DNA of 64,000 bases from Rhodothermales bacterium (GCA_029249345.1 JAQWHM010000015.1:73036-137035); one strand, 5' to 3'; counted from the stretch's first letter, positions 18,549-28,272 are shown. Notes: generated by a model not told the origin, from the letters alone. A program made the numbers and translations.

Positions 18549-19341
18549 GTTGAGCTACGCCAAAGTGCGACTTCTTGGAACGGGGACCTCAACGGGAGTA
18601 CCTGTTATCGATTGTTCTTGTCCAACGTGCACCTCTACCAACCCAAAAGACAACAGGTTGCGCTGTGCCGCGTATCTAGAAGTGGACGGAACACACATTT
18701 TAATTGATGTGGGCCCTGATTTTCGGCAGCAAGCCTTACGCTATGCGATTCCGGATATTGATGCTGTTCTCATCACACATCACCATTTTGATCATGTCTC
18801 TGGAATGGATGATTTACGACCGTATCTGTTCAAAAACAGGACGTCTATTCCTTGTCATGCCGTGAAGGGTTCGGCTGATGAAGTTCGCAGTATGTTTAGC
18901 TACATATTTAGGGATGGGACGTATCCAGGTGTTCCAAGACTGCATATGCATGACGTGACTGGTCCTTTCGATGTGCAAAGTAGATCGAAGGAAGAGGCAC
19001 CTGTCCGGGTTATTCCTATTCCTGCTGTGCATGGATCATTGGACGTGCTTGGATATCGAGTGGGGAATTTCGCTTACATGACAGACGTCAGTGAAATTCC
19101 ATTTGCATCCCGTTCATTGCTGGAAGGCCTCGAGGTCCTCGTTCTAGATGGTCTTCGTGATAAACCCCATCCTATGCACTTGACCATTGATCAATCGATT
19201 CAATTGGCAACAGAGATAGGGGCAAAGCAAACGTGGTTTACCCACATCGCTCATGACCTCACTCATAGTGAAATCGAGTTGAGAATGCCCGAGGGTATGG
19301 CTCCGGCGTACGACGGGTTGGAATGCACTGTTAGTTTATGA
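18538..19341 (+). CDS. MBL-fold metallo-hydrolase (PhnP/GPMB-like)
   Basis: The track ORF starts at 18496; ATG at 18538 gives MVTKLSYAKVRLLGTGTSTGVP. Motifs HHHFDH and a CxxC pair (CSCPTCTS). Confidence 0.85.
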   Translation: MVTKLSYAKVRLLGTGTSTGVPVIDCSCPTCTSTNPKDNRLRCAAYLEVDGTHILIDVGPDFRQQALRYAIPDIDAVLITHHHFDHVSGMDDLRPYLFKNRTSIPCHAVKGSADEVRSMFSYIFRDGTYPGVPRLHMHDVTGPFDVQSRSKEEAPVRVIPIPAVHGSLDVLGYRVGNFAYMTDVSEIPFASRSLLEGLEVLVLDGLRDKPHPMHLTIDQSIQLATEIGAKQTWFTHIAHDLTHSEIELRMPEGMAPAYDGLECTVSL

Positions 19342-19345
19342 GAAA

Positions 19346-19373
19346 GGGGGCGGGCGCTTTCGCGCCCGCCCCC
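19346..19373. terminator. GC-rich perfect hairpin, likely bidirectional intrinsic terminator
   Basis: GGGGGCGGGCGC (19346-19357), loop tttc, GCGCCCGCCCCC (19362-19373). It sits between convergent genes ending at 19341 (+) and 19429 (-), with A-rich 5' and T-containing 3' flanks. Confidence 0.8.
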
Positions 19374-19428
19374 TTGATATATCTTCAATGTGAAGCCTAT
19401 TTTCTACTCTCAGCACATGCGTGAGGGG

Positions 19429-22260
19429 TTATTTACCGACTAACTCCAGCCCCATTGTTTTGCCTTTGTCTACTGCCGGCACACCTCGTTCCATCCAAAC
19501 AGGCGCCGGGGCATCCATCAAGTAATGATCAAAAAACTGCTGCATCCGAATTTGCCAATCACGACGGTCATCTAGGTCTGAAAGACCATGTCCTGCTCCA
19601 TTGTAATTAAGCATCCAGACAGGTTGTCCTAACCGACGAAGGGCTACGAAATACTCTATACCTTGATACCAAGGGACGGCACCATCTTCGTCGTTGTGCA
19701 TCATGAGCAGAGGTGTTTTAACCTTGTCGGCTTGAAAGAGAGGGGAGTTGTGGATATATCGTTGCTGAGCGTCCCACAACGTTCCACCTATGCGGCTTTG
19801 CGTGCGTTCATATTGGAACATGCGGCTCATTCCTGAGGCCCAGCGGATTCCACCGTATGCGGATGTCATGTTAGATACAGGCGCACCTGCTTCAGCGGCT
19901 GCAAAAAGATCTGTCTGAGTGACCATGTACGCAATTTGATAGCCTCCCCAGCTATGTCCTTGTGTCCCGATTCGATCTCGATCAACAAATCCTTGATCTA
20001 TCAACGATGTGATGCCCGGCATAATGGCATTCATCGCACTTTCGCCAGGATATCCTGTTTTGTACGGAATATCCGGAACGAACAATAGGTAGCCACGGCT
20101 TACGTAAAAAGGGAAGTTGATACTTGAACCACCTGCAGAAGGAGTCCGGTGACTATGCAGGTTTTCTGAATACTTTTCGTAAAAGTATACCATCATCGGG
20201 TATTCGTTAGAGGCATCGAATCCTTCCGGCTTATAGAGAATTCCCTTAAGAGACTCTCCATCCAGAGAGGTCCATTCGTGCAACTCTGCCGTTCCCCAAT
20301 TGAATTCCGACTGTTGCGGATTGACCTGAGATAGTTGTACTGGTTTCTCGAAGTCTCCATTGGTTACGTGCAAGTTGGGAAACTCCTGATAACTCTCTTT
20401 TGAAAAGAGATGAGTGTCGAGGTCTTCGGATGTTCTCCAAATACGATAGCGATGGGGACTCATGAAAACTTTCTTCGGCACATCCTCATCCAGATCCTGC
20501 TCCCAGTACCCTGATTCCATCGTATTTAGATTCAATGCGGTCAGGAGCCACTTATCCAGCGCCATACTGTTACGTTCTCGATCTATTTCCCTGTGGCCAA
20601 AACGGATTTGGTTTTCTCGGCCGTGGCCTCCGGTAATATTGCGATATACACCGTCGGGAGAAACTCCCCATAGATCATACTTGTCGTTGACTACAAATTC
20701 GACTTCTCCTTCCGTCCAGCCTTCGTTTCCGTATGCACTGGGTGCATAGGCGCGATCATCGAGGTCGTTAACCAGAGAGACGGGGAAGTTAGCAGTAAGG
20801 TCAAACACACGACCTGAGTCTGTCTCCACACCGACCCATACCGCGCGATCTCGATCCCAGTAGGTGAGATACGTTCCTTCCGGAGAAATGCTGGGAGAAT
20901 ATTGAATCGCCGTGAGGACTTGCCTACGATCACCCGTCGTCGCATCAATGATCCAGACATCATTATAGCCGGGCGAATCCCAGGATATTTCCTGACGATA
21001 GTTCATATTGGTGACGCCCATAAAGAAGGCGCCATCTCCGTCCTCGAAGCTACGAACAGTCGGAATATCAATATCGGCTAATTGCACAACGGCTTTTTCC
21101 GATACGTCCCACAAGGCCTGATAGGATCGATTTTGTTCACGACTGGCCTGAACCAGCTGCATAGGCTGCAAGAGTGGGTCTTTCCAATTCCATATGTCGA
21201 GACGGACTTTTTCTTCGTCTAGGATATCCTCATCCTCAACTTCTGGTTCAGGACGTGGAGCCGTTCCAAAAAACAATCGGTCACCAGAATCCGAAAACGA
21301 AAGCGAGCCATATTCGCTGATCCACCAACCCTTGGGAATACCTTCAGAGGATGTGGTTAGAATGCGAGAAGCCTGTCCGCCGTTCGCATAATAGGCCTCA
21401 AAAGCAGGTTGCTCAGCTTCAAAATCATGTTGGTTTGAGAGGAATGCTATTTGCTCTCCGTCTTGGGACACGGTTAATTGGACATAGTTGCCCTCGGCAA
21501 TCAACAGATCGGACTCCTCCGTTCCGTCGGCACTGAACGCATACGCACCGTCCGTACTGCCTTCTTTTGTTTCTCGTAAGAACGCTCCGCCGTTTCCTTC
21601 TTCGGCAATTTCGTAGGAGGAGACGTGCTGGTAGGTCGTACTGGTCCCCGCGTTTAATTCTATGACTACCAGACTGGTGCCCTTCTTCTTGTCGGGTTTA
21701 TCTTTTTCCTCTTCCTCTTCCTCTTCGGGTTCAACTTCCGTTTCAGCAGTAGTGGAATCAGCAGGCGTATCTTCTTTGCTGGCCTCTTCGGTTAGTTTGA
21801 AAGCCGCCAGTGCTCCACCTTCCAATGAAACCTTAAACGAAGTCACATCGGCAAACTTCTGAACTGAACCGCTGGATAGGTTCATGATGCCCAGAGAATC
21901 GGTCGGCATGTCTTTTTTTGCTACGTCATCTAGCTTTTTCTGGCGAACAGAATCAGCCTCAGCCACAATTTTGAACAAGACGAAATGGCTGTCTCCTGAA
22001 AAGAGTGCGCCGCTGGCGCGCGGGATACTGTACCGAGTTTTACCATCAGTGGAGGTGATCTGCAGAACTCCATCTCCCCGTGCTGGTGCCTCCACCCAAG
22101 ATGCCCAATTGCCGTCTGCAGATAATCGGCTTGAAAACGTGATTGACTGGGTCCATTCGTTAATATCCTCGTGCTGAAGGGTCTTTTTTTCTTGAGCAAA
22201 AGTCGGAGCAACAATAAAAAAGATGGCAAAAAGGCACAGGATAGGAGTTTTTTTAATCAT
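19429..22260 (-). CDS. Prolyl-oligopeptidase-family (S9) serine peptidase with N-terminal beta-propeller
   Basis: Catalytic motifs GHSWGG, MMHNDEDGAVPW and NGAGHGL. The track start is GTG 22302; ATG at 22260 gives MIKKTPILCLFAIFFIVAPTFAQE, a signal peptide. Acidic insert EEEEEEKDKPDKKK. Confidence 0.9.
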   Translation of the reverse strand: MIKKTPILCLFAIFFIVAPTFAQEKKTLQHEDINEWTQSITFSSRLSADGNWASWVEAPARGDGVLQITSTDGKTRYSIPRASGALFSGDSHFVLFKIVAEADSVRQKKLDDVAKKDMPTDSLGIMNLSSGSVQKFADVTSFKVSLEGGALAAFKLTEEASKEDTPADSTTAETEVEPEEEEEEEKDKPDKKKGTSLVVIELNAGTSTTYQHVSSYEIAEEGNGGAFLRETKEGSTDGAYAFSADGTEESDLLIAEGNYVQLTVSQDGEQIAFLSNQHDFEAEQPAFEAYYANGGQASRILTTSSEGIPKGWWISEYGSLSFSDSGDRLFFGTAPRPEPEVEDEDILDEEKVRLDIWNWKDPLLQPMQLVQASREQNRSYQALWDVSEKAVVQLADIDIPTVRSFEDGDGAFFMGVTNMNYRQEISWDSPGYNDVWIIDATTGDRRQVLTAIQYSPSISPEGTYLTYWDRDRAVWVGVETDSGRVFDLTANFPVSLVNDLDDRAYAPSAYGNEGWTEGEVEFVVNDKYDLWGVSPDGVYRNITGGHGRENQIRFGHREIDRERNSMALDKWLLTALNLNTMESGYWEQDLDEDVPKKVFMSPHRYRIWRTSEDLDTHLFSKESYQEFPNLHVTNGDFEKPVQLSQVNPQQSEFNWGTAELHEWTSLDGESLKGILYKPEGFDASNEYPMMVYFYEKYSENLHSHRTPSAGGSSINFPFYVSRGYLLFVPDIPYKTGYPGESAMNAIMPGITSLIDQGFVDRDRIGTQGHSWGGYQIAYMVTQTDLFAAAEAGAPVSNMTSAYGGIRWASGMSRMFQYERTQSRIGGTLWDAQQRYIHNSPLFQADKVKTPLLMMHNDEDGAVPWYQGIEYFVALRRLGQPVWMLNYNGAGHGLSDLDDRRDWQIRMQQFFDHYLMDAPAPVWMERGVPAVDKGKTMGLELVGK

Positions 22261-22399
22261 GACGAAGATTGGTCTCAAAGACAATAAGATGACAATTCGC
22301 ACAGATAGTCGGGTTTAATTACATTCTTGTCAACCCCAGAAACACCACAATCATCATGGTTGTCGAGATTTCTATCCTCGATAACCTTGAGGTCAGGTC

Positions 22400-23254
22400 A
22401 TGAAAGTATTGAAGTTGATTCTTGGAGTGCTGCTAAGCGCTCTTGTTCTCGCGGGCATCTTTGCCTTTGCGATGATCGGAAAAGGTGGTTCTGCTTTTGA
22501 GCAAACGTATTCCATGGAATACGATGACGCCATGGTTCCTTCTGATTCCAGGTCTCTTCAGCTCGGCAAATTCATTGCTGAATCTCACGGTTGTCAGGGT
22601 TGTCACGGGAAGGACTTTGAAGGATTGATTTTTGCAGATGCTCCGCCTTTTCTAGCGGTTGGTACCAACTTGACATCAGGAGCAGGGGGTATCGGGTCAA
22701 CTTACTCAGATGCTGATTGGCTCAGATCTATCCGACATGGTGTGGCTCCCGATGGAAGGGGTCTTATGATTATGCCTTCGGAGGTCTACTATTATTTGAA
22801 CGATCAAGAAGCAGGTGCCCTTGTAGCGTATTTGAAATCTCTAGATCCTGTGGACAACGAGTTACCCTCATTTGAGTTGAGGCCGCTCGGAAAACTAATC
22901 ATGGGTGTGTCGGACGACATGTCCACCGCTCCCAATCATATGAGGGATGCGACGCGGATTGAAGCGGAAAGGGGAGTCACCGCCGAGTGGGGTGAGTATC
23001 GTTCGACCGTCATGTGTCAGGTTTGTCATGGTGGAGACATGCAAGGTGGTCAACCACCGGATCCTGAGTCAATGATGGCACCAGACATGCGTGTCGTAAA
23101 AAGCTGGGGCCTCGACGCCTTTCTGGAATTCTTTGAGGACGGTACGAATCCGTCTGGGGTGGTATCCAGCGCTCAGTTTATGCCTTGGGACAAGTTCAGT
23201 TATCTAGGCGAAGACGAATTGACCGCCATCTATATGTACCTCGAAACCCTTTAA
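22400..23254 (+). CDS. Membrane-anchored dihaem c-type cytochrome
   Basis: 284 aa with an N-terminal TM helix and two CxxCH motifs (CQGCHG, CQVCHGG). Confidence 0.85.
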   Translation: MKVLKLILGVLLSALVLAGIFAFAMIGKGGSAFEQTYSMEYDDAMVPSDSRSLQLGKFIAESHGCQGCHGKDFEGLIFADAPPFLAVGTNLTSGAGGIGSTYSDADWLRSIRHGVAPDGRGLMIMPSEVYYYLNDQEAGALVAYLKSLDPVDNELPSFELRPLGKLIMGVSDDMSTAPNHMRDATRIEAERGVTAEWGEYRSTVMCQVCHGGDMQGGQPPDPESMMAPDMRVVKSWGLDAFLEFFEDGTNPSGVVSSAQFMPWDKFSYLGEDELTAIYMYLETL

Positions 23255-23263
23255 GGGAAGATT

Positions 23264-23590
23264 TCAGGGGCGTTTCAGGACGGATACCCGGGAAATCCAG
23301 GAGTCTATTCCATCGAATGACACGTCAAAGGCGATGGAATCGCCAACGGCTATCGCCTTTCGAATGGAATCTTCCCGGAGTCCGAAAGGCATCGTCATGG
23401 CCATCATGAATCCGGGAATTTCATCATGTTGGACAACGGCCATTTGGCCGTCAGCGACGAGATCTATAATGATGCCAACGCCTCCATCATAGACCCGTAC
23501 GTCCGTGATGGGCTCAGCCTCTTCAAATTTGGGGCCGCATCCAGCGATTCCAAAAATCAATAAAATGGGCAGTAAGGATCGTCTAATCAT
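23264..23590 (-). CDS. CusF-like copper-binding periplasmic lipoprotein
   Basis: 108 aa. Lipobox IAGC. Met/His motif VVQHDEIPGFMMAMTMPF, typical of the CusF/copper-binding domain. Confidence 0.8.
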   Translation of the reverse strand: MIRRSLLPILLIFGIAGCGPKFEEAEPITDVRVYDGGVGIIIDLVADGQMAVVQHDEIPGFMMAMTMPFGLREDSIRKAIAVGDSIAFDVSFDGIDSWISRVSVLKRP

Positions 23591-24531
23591 AGCTCTAGAA
23601 TATCTCCGCGACGTGCAATGTTAAATCCAGCAGCAAGCACTTGGGCTGTTTCTGGGCTGTCTTCAAGTAATACCGGGTTGGTATGATTAAAGTGAATGAA
23701 CATGACTTTTGCCCGGGTCTCTGCATCAGCATCGGCCAACAGGTTCATTGTATGCGTGGTCCATGGATGGGGAATTTTACTCATGTCTCGTCCTGGCAAT
23801 TCACCGTCTGCGAAAAATGAACCATCAACTAAGGCAACATCCACATCAGCTAGGAACGCTTTCAACCCGGTATCCCATAGTTCCCAAGCGTCAATGTCAG
23901 GAATGAAACCGATTCTTCTGGTGGGCCCTTCTATGATATAGCCTACGACTTCTGTGTACTCTTGCCGATGAGGTACCAGAAAAGGGGTGACTGTTACCTG
24001 ATCGGTTAGGACAACGGGTTCTAAGTGGGAAAGAGGCTCAAGAAGTATGTTTTCGTAATCAACGAGCTGTGACCAAGGACCGCTGGTAGACAGGTAGTCT
24101 CTCATTTTGGGCATGGCATATACTTTTACGTCCTGTGCTCCAATCGATTCATTACCGAGAAACATTAATCCTGTATAGTGTCCAATATGACCATGGGTCA
24201 GGAAAATACCGTCCGGAACCGTCGTTTTCCGAGGGCCGGCCAGTTGATCTAAATCATATAGCTGCTGTCGGAAATCTGGAGTGGCCTCGAACATCCACCG
24301 TTTATCTGAGGAAGGCTCAACCAAGCCGAGACTCACGGCAAGTCGTCTCAAAGAAGGGTCTTTCCATGCGGGATCGCTATGCGATCCCGCTTGAGGTTTG
24401 CCCCCGTCCTGTCCGATCCCAAGAATGGTAACGAAGGGGGTATCAGGAAGTGTATTCTCCTGAATAGGAGCCGGTCTTTCGTTCTGACATCCCGCCAGAA
24501 TTAGTGTAATGAAGAGAAGGAATCGCATCAT
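23587..24531 (-). CDS. PqqB-like MBL-fold metallo-hydrolase lipoprotein
   Basis: 314 aa. Lipobox LILAGCQ. Motifs LTHGHIGHYTGL and FIPDIDAW as in PqqB-like proteins. ATGA overlap with the downstream CusF-like gene. Confidence 0.8.
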   Translation of the reverse strand: MMRFLLFITLILAGCQNERPAPIQENTLPDTPFVTILGIGQDGGKPQAGSHSDPAWKDPSLRRLAVSLGLVEPSSDKRWMFEATPDFRQQLYDLDQLAGPRKTTVPDGIFLTHGHIGHYTGLMFLGNESIGAQDVKVYAMPKMRDYLSTSGPWSQLVDYENILLEPLSHLEPVVLTDQVTVTPFLVPHRQEYTEVVGYIIEGPTRRIGFIPDIDAWELWDTGLKAFLADVDVALVDGSFFADGELPGRDMSKIPHPWTTHTMNLLADADAETRAKVMFIHFNHTNPVLLEDSPETAQVLAAGFNIARRGDILEL

Positions 24532-25334
24532 AATATGCTCTTTACGGCGCCACCGTCCACAACAACTGCTTGACCAGTAATGAAACTTGCACGCGCACTG
24601 AGAAGAAAGGTGGCCGCTGCTGCGAATTCGTCTTCCGTACCAATCCGCTTCAAAGCACTACTTGCAGCCCATCCGGCTTCGATCTCATCGATGGGAGTTC
24701 CAGTTTGGGCGTTCAATGACTCAGAAAGGTGGCTCAAGCGATCGGTTTTCGTGTATCCTGGTAGGATGGTATTTACGGTGATACCCTCAGGACCTATTTC
24801 TTCGGATAACCCTTTGGCAAACCCTTGAACACCTGCTCGCGACACGTTGGAGAGGTATAAAGATGTAATGGGTTGCTTAGCGGACAGCGACGAAACCATG
24901 AGGATGCTTGCATGATTGGCCGCAGAAACACGAAGGGCGGGCAGGGCGATTCGACACATATTAATTGTGCTAATCAGGTTGAGTTCTAGCGCACTTCGCC
25001 ATGTTTTAGCATCTAGGTCATCAATGAGACCAGTAGGTGGACCACCAGCATTGGTTACGAGCAGGTTCAAACCACCAAATGCTTTTATCGTTTTGTCGAT
25101 GGCGTGTCGAATGTCCTGTTCTTTCGTGACATCACAGACCAGCGGCAAAATATGATCTACGGCACAGCCCGTGACCTCTCGTAGCCATAGGGCAGCGTCG
25201 TGGATTCTATCCTGTCTTCGAGAGCAAATCGCAACTCGGCAACCTTCTTGTAGCAGTTCCTTAGCAATGGCCCTTCCAAGGCCGCTACTTGCACCTGCAA
25301 CGAATGCTGTTTTTCCGTTTAGTCCAAGATCCAT
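24528..25334 (-). CDS. SDR-family oxidoreductase
   Basis: 268 aa. Rossmann motif AGASSGLGRAIA and NAGG motif (VTNAGGPP). ATGA overlap with the downstream MBL gene. Confidence 0.88.
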   Translation of the reverse strand: MDLGLNGKTAFVAGASSGLGRAIAKELLQEGCRVAICSRRQDRIHDAALWLREVTGCAVDHILPLVCDVTKEQDIRHAIDKTIKAFGGLNLLVTNAGGPPTGLIDDLDAKTWRSALELNLISTINMCRIALPALRVSAANHASILMVSSLSAKQPITSLYLSNVSRAGVQGFAKGLSEEIGPEGITVNTILPGYTKTDRLSHLSESLNAQTGTPIDEIEAGWAASSALKRIGTEDEFAAAATFLLSARASFITGQAVVVDGGAVKSIL

Positions 25335-25439
25335 GTTTGTTTTATTCTAAGTGTCTTAAACGATTATTCGTTTGTCTAAACCGCGAATTGAGCGGATGTT
25401 GCGAGTCAGTCGGACCTATTTACGTAATCGAACAGCAGA

Positions 25440-25841
25440 ATGCGCAGAAAAGAACTCATCGTCGAGCGTAACATCATTAAAACGCAGCTGGCGCCCGCCG
25501 CCATTGGCCCTTATAGTCAGGCAGTGATGGTAGGCGATACCTTGTATTGCTCAGGACAGATTCCGATTGAGCCTAAAACCGGGCACATGGTGACCGAGGG
25601 AATTGAAGCTGAAACAGAGCAGGTCTTAGAAAATCTGGATGGCTTGCTGACTGCAGCTGGAATGTGCATGGACCATGTCGTCTCGTGTCGGGTGTACATG
25701 GTCGATATCAACGACTATGCCCAGATTAACGAGATATATGCCAGGTATTTTGGCGTGAACGCTCCAGCTCGAGAAGCTGTGCAGGTATGTGCCTTGCCAA
25801 GAGGCTCCCGGGTTGAAATTTCCTGCGTAGCTGTCCGCTAG
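25440..25841 (+). CDS. ridA: RidA/YjgF-family reactive-intermediate deaminase
   Basis: 133 aa. AIGPYSQAVMVGDTLYCSGQIP and ...PRGSRVEISCVA are typical of RidA. Confidence 0.9.
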   Translation: MRRKELIVERNIIKTQLAPAAIGPYSQAVMVGDTLYCSGQIPIEPKTGHMVTEGIEAETEQVLENLDGLLTAAGMCMDHVVSCRVYMVDINDYAQINEIYARYFGVNAPAREAVQVCALPRGSRVEISCVAVR

Positions 25842-26413
25842 ATCGAGTCTTGGAGTTCGAGCCGGACTTTCAAAATGATGCTGAGATCATAGGATTTGCT
25901 GGCATCGAGGGTTGCAGGGTTTACCTGAAGAATAGCACCAAATTGTGGTTGCTCTAAAAATGAGCCAATATCTCTATTCGGCAATACACTCATATTGACC
26001 TCTCGAGTGGCAGAGAAAGACGAGATGTTGGCCACTTCAGTTGCGGATACTCCATTAGCAGTGAACTTGAGAATGGCCTGGTCCAGAAAGTCCATTTTTT
26101 CACTGATCGGGAAAAGCATGATGATTTCAGCAGAAATCAGTGTCGCTGATACTAGATCCGAAGGCTGAAATCCCTGACCCGTAATGAAGTCAGCAATGTT
26201 CAGTGAGCAATCACAATTCACGTCCTGAAGTCGGCCTGTTGAAAGATCATTACCGGAAAAGGTGAAATGAATAGATTCTCCCTGAACGGTGTCTGAAAAC
26301 TCGTGTGTGAGAAAGATGGTATCACTCGTCAAGGCATCCACGTCACAGCCAGCTATGAAGACAAAGCAAGCGACAAGCAGTGAAAGGGGTAATCTGCGGG
26401 CTGTTCGGGACAT
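25838..26413 (-). CDS. Hypothetical lipoprotein
   Basis: 191 aa with signal peptide plus lipobox FIAGCD. No family recognised. Its stop overlaps the ridA stop (CTAG). Confidence 0.65.
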   Translation of the reverse strand: MSRTARRLPLSLLVACFVFIAGCDVDALTSDTIFLTHEFSDTVQGESIHFTFSGNDLSTGRLQDVNCDCSLNIADFITGQGFQPSDLVSATLISAEIIMLFPISEKMDFLDQAILKFTANGVSATEVANISSFSATREVNMSVLPNRDIGSFLEQPQFGAILQVNPATLDASKSYDLSIILKVRLELQDSI

Positions 26414-26487
26414 GACGGGTACTCGTTTCCTTCAATGTGACGCAAAATGAATGTTCTTTCGTAACGAATCGAGTGTGGGTTCGTTTC

Positions 26488-27009
26488 TCAGTAATCCAAG
26501 AGTGATTGCATTGGGATAGATGGATCTAAGAGATTCCGGCCCTTCAGGAAGGACAGTTCGATGAGAAAACAGTATCCCACGAGTTGGGCGCCTGCAGATT
26601 CTACTAGGCGGTGGCTCGCCGCCGCCGTTCCCCCGGTTGCGATAACATCATCGTGAATTAATACACGATCCCCATCCGAGAGCGCATCGATATGCATTTC
26701 AATCGTATCGGTCCCGTATTCCAAGTCGTAGGTCTCTTGAAGAGTCGTATAGGGCAGCTTGCCCATTTTTCGGACTGGGACGAATCCTACATCCATTCGT
26801 TCTGCCAGCATGGCCCCCAGCAAAAAGCCTCGGGACTCAATGCCAATTACTTTCGTTATTCCTGCATCAGCCCAGCGCGCTGCCATAGTGTCCACGGCAA
26901 ATCGCATAAGTTCATGGTCGGCAAGAATGGGGGTAATATCCTTGAATTGTATTCCCGGCTCTGGGAAATCAGGTACGTTTCGGACAGCAGATTTTAGTTT
27001 ATCGAGCAT
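26488..27009 (-). CDS. apt: Adenine phosphoribosyltransferase
   Basis: PDFPEPGIQFKDITP and the PRPP motif VLIHDDVIATGGTA. ATG at 27009 (MLDKLKSAV...) is preferred over the track TTG at 27030. Confidence 0.93.
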   Translation of the reverse strand: MLDKLKSAVRNVPDFPEPGIQFKDITPILADHELMRFAVDTMAARWADAGITKVIGIESRGFLLGAMLAERMDVGFVPVRKMGKLPYTTLQETYDLEYGTDTIEMHIDALSDGDRVLIHDDVIATGGTAAASHRLVESAGAQLVGYCFLIELSFLKGRNLLDPSIPMQSLLDY

Positions 27010-27026
27010 AATCGGCTCTGGGCCTG

Positions 27027-28205
27027 TCAACGACCGTTTATGGTTGAGGAGATGCCTTTTTCAGATTCAGTCTTGTAGTCGCGTATGGCCCTGAAGATAG
27101 CACTTGCCAAATATGCTTGTCCGTCTTCAGAGGACATGAAAGCTGCTTCTCGAACGTTCGAGATGAATCCTAACTCGACGAGAATAGAAGGCATCGAAGC
27201 TCCATAAAGCACATAAAATCCGGCCTGTTTTACGCCTCTGCTCCGGCGGCCGACGCGATCTCGAAATTGGGTTTCTACCATCTCAGCAAGCATCTGACTT
27301 TGGCGCATAAACGCACTTTGGGCCAATGATTGCATGATGGCCAGACGTGTAGATATGGTTTCGTATTCCGACGTATCCTTCTCAAAACGAATCACTTCGT
27401 TCTCTCTATCCATCACCTTCTTGGCGGCATCAGATTTATGCATTCCAAGGAAATAGGTCTCTGTTCCACGGGCTCGCCGGTCTCCGGCTGAATTAGCATG
27501 AATGGATACAAACAGCTTACCCTCGGCCTGATTCGCCAAATGACCTCTCCCCTGAAGAGAAATGAATTGATCCGTATCCCGTGTGTAAACAACGTTCACA
27601 CCCAACTGGTTTTCAAGGTAGGAGCCTAGTTTGCGCGCCACCGAAAGCACGACGTCTTTTTCACGGACGTTACCCGGACCAATAGCACCTGAGTCCTTCC
27701 CACCGTGCCCGGCATCAATAACTATAGTATCTAGAGTCCATCGGTCTGCCGAGCCGGACGAAAGGTCGGGGGCATAGGCAATACTGATTAATACATCTTC
27801 AGATGCGTGATCCCGATAGGCTGTCACGTTTACGTCCGTCCGCTTCAAATCGAATCGAAGTAGAATATCACGTCCTACCTGATCTACAGTATAGGTGGAA
27901 ACCGGACCCGCTGGATCATCCAGCACGCTGGAACGAGAGAGCTCCGTGCGGATGAGCGTTACCTCAAACGTATTATCGTCCAGGAATTGGGGTAAACCAT
28001 GTGCTGAAACATGGTCGGATGCGTGTATGCGAACGACATAACCATTTTTATCGGATCGTTCAGTAAACGATACCCGATCTATCCCGAAAATCGATCCGGA
28101 TACGGAAATTGGCCCCAAAAACACTAATAGAGCACCCGTTAATAGAAATTGACGAGGTGATGTATTTAGCCGGCTCAAAAAATGAGATAATCGCATATCT
28201 GCCAT
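27027..28205 (-). CDS. N-acetylmuramoyl-L-alanine amidase (Amidase_3, AmiC-like with N-terminal AMIN-like domain)
   Basis: 392 aa. Motifs IVIDAGHGGKDSGAIG, VSIHANS and signal-anchor-like N-terminus. Confidence 0.9.
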   Translation of the reverse strand: MADMRLSHFLSRLNTSPRQFLLTGALLVFLGPISVSGSIFGIDRVSFTERSDKNGYVVRIHASDHVSAHGLPQFLDDNTFEVTLIRTELSRSSVLDDPAGPVSTYTVDQVGRDILLRFDLKRTDVNVTAYRDHASEDVLISIAYAPDLSSGSADRWTLDTIVIDAGHGGKDSGAIGPGNVREKDVVLSVARKLGSYLENQLGVNVVYTRDTDQFISLQGRGHLANQAEGKLFVSIHANSAGDRRARGTETYFLGMHKSDAAKKVMDRENEVIRFEKDTSEYETISTRLAIMQSLAQSAFMRQSQMLAEMVETQFRDRVGRRSRGVKQAGFYVLYGASMPSILVELGFISNVREAAFMSSEDGQAYLASAIFRAIRDYKTESEKGISSTINGR

Positions 28206-28272
28206 GGTACAACTTTAATGCCAAAGCTTTTGATATAGAGAATGTTTCAATACGGCAGTAGCCAAACCAAAA

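Noticed and set aside
21708-21725. (CCTCTT)x3 hexanucleotide repeat inside the S9 peptidase gene, encoding EEEEEE
   Set aside because: There are only three copies, in frame, within an acidic surface insert. That is too short to argue for phase variation.
25838-25841. Convergent genes with overlapping stop codons (CTAG at 25838-25841; TTAG at 43669-43672)
   Set aside because: This is a common consequence of tight packing. No hairpin or other signal is associated, so it is not evidence of a special mechanism.
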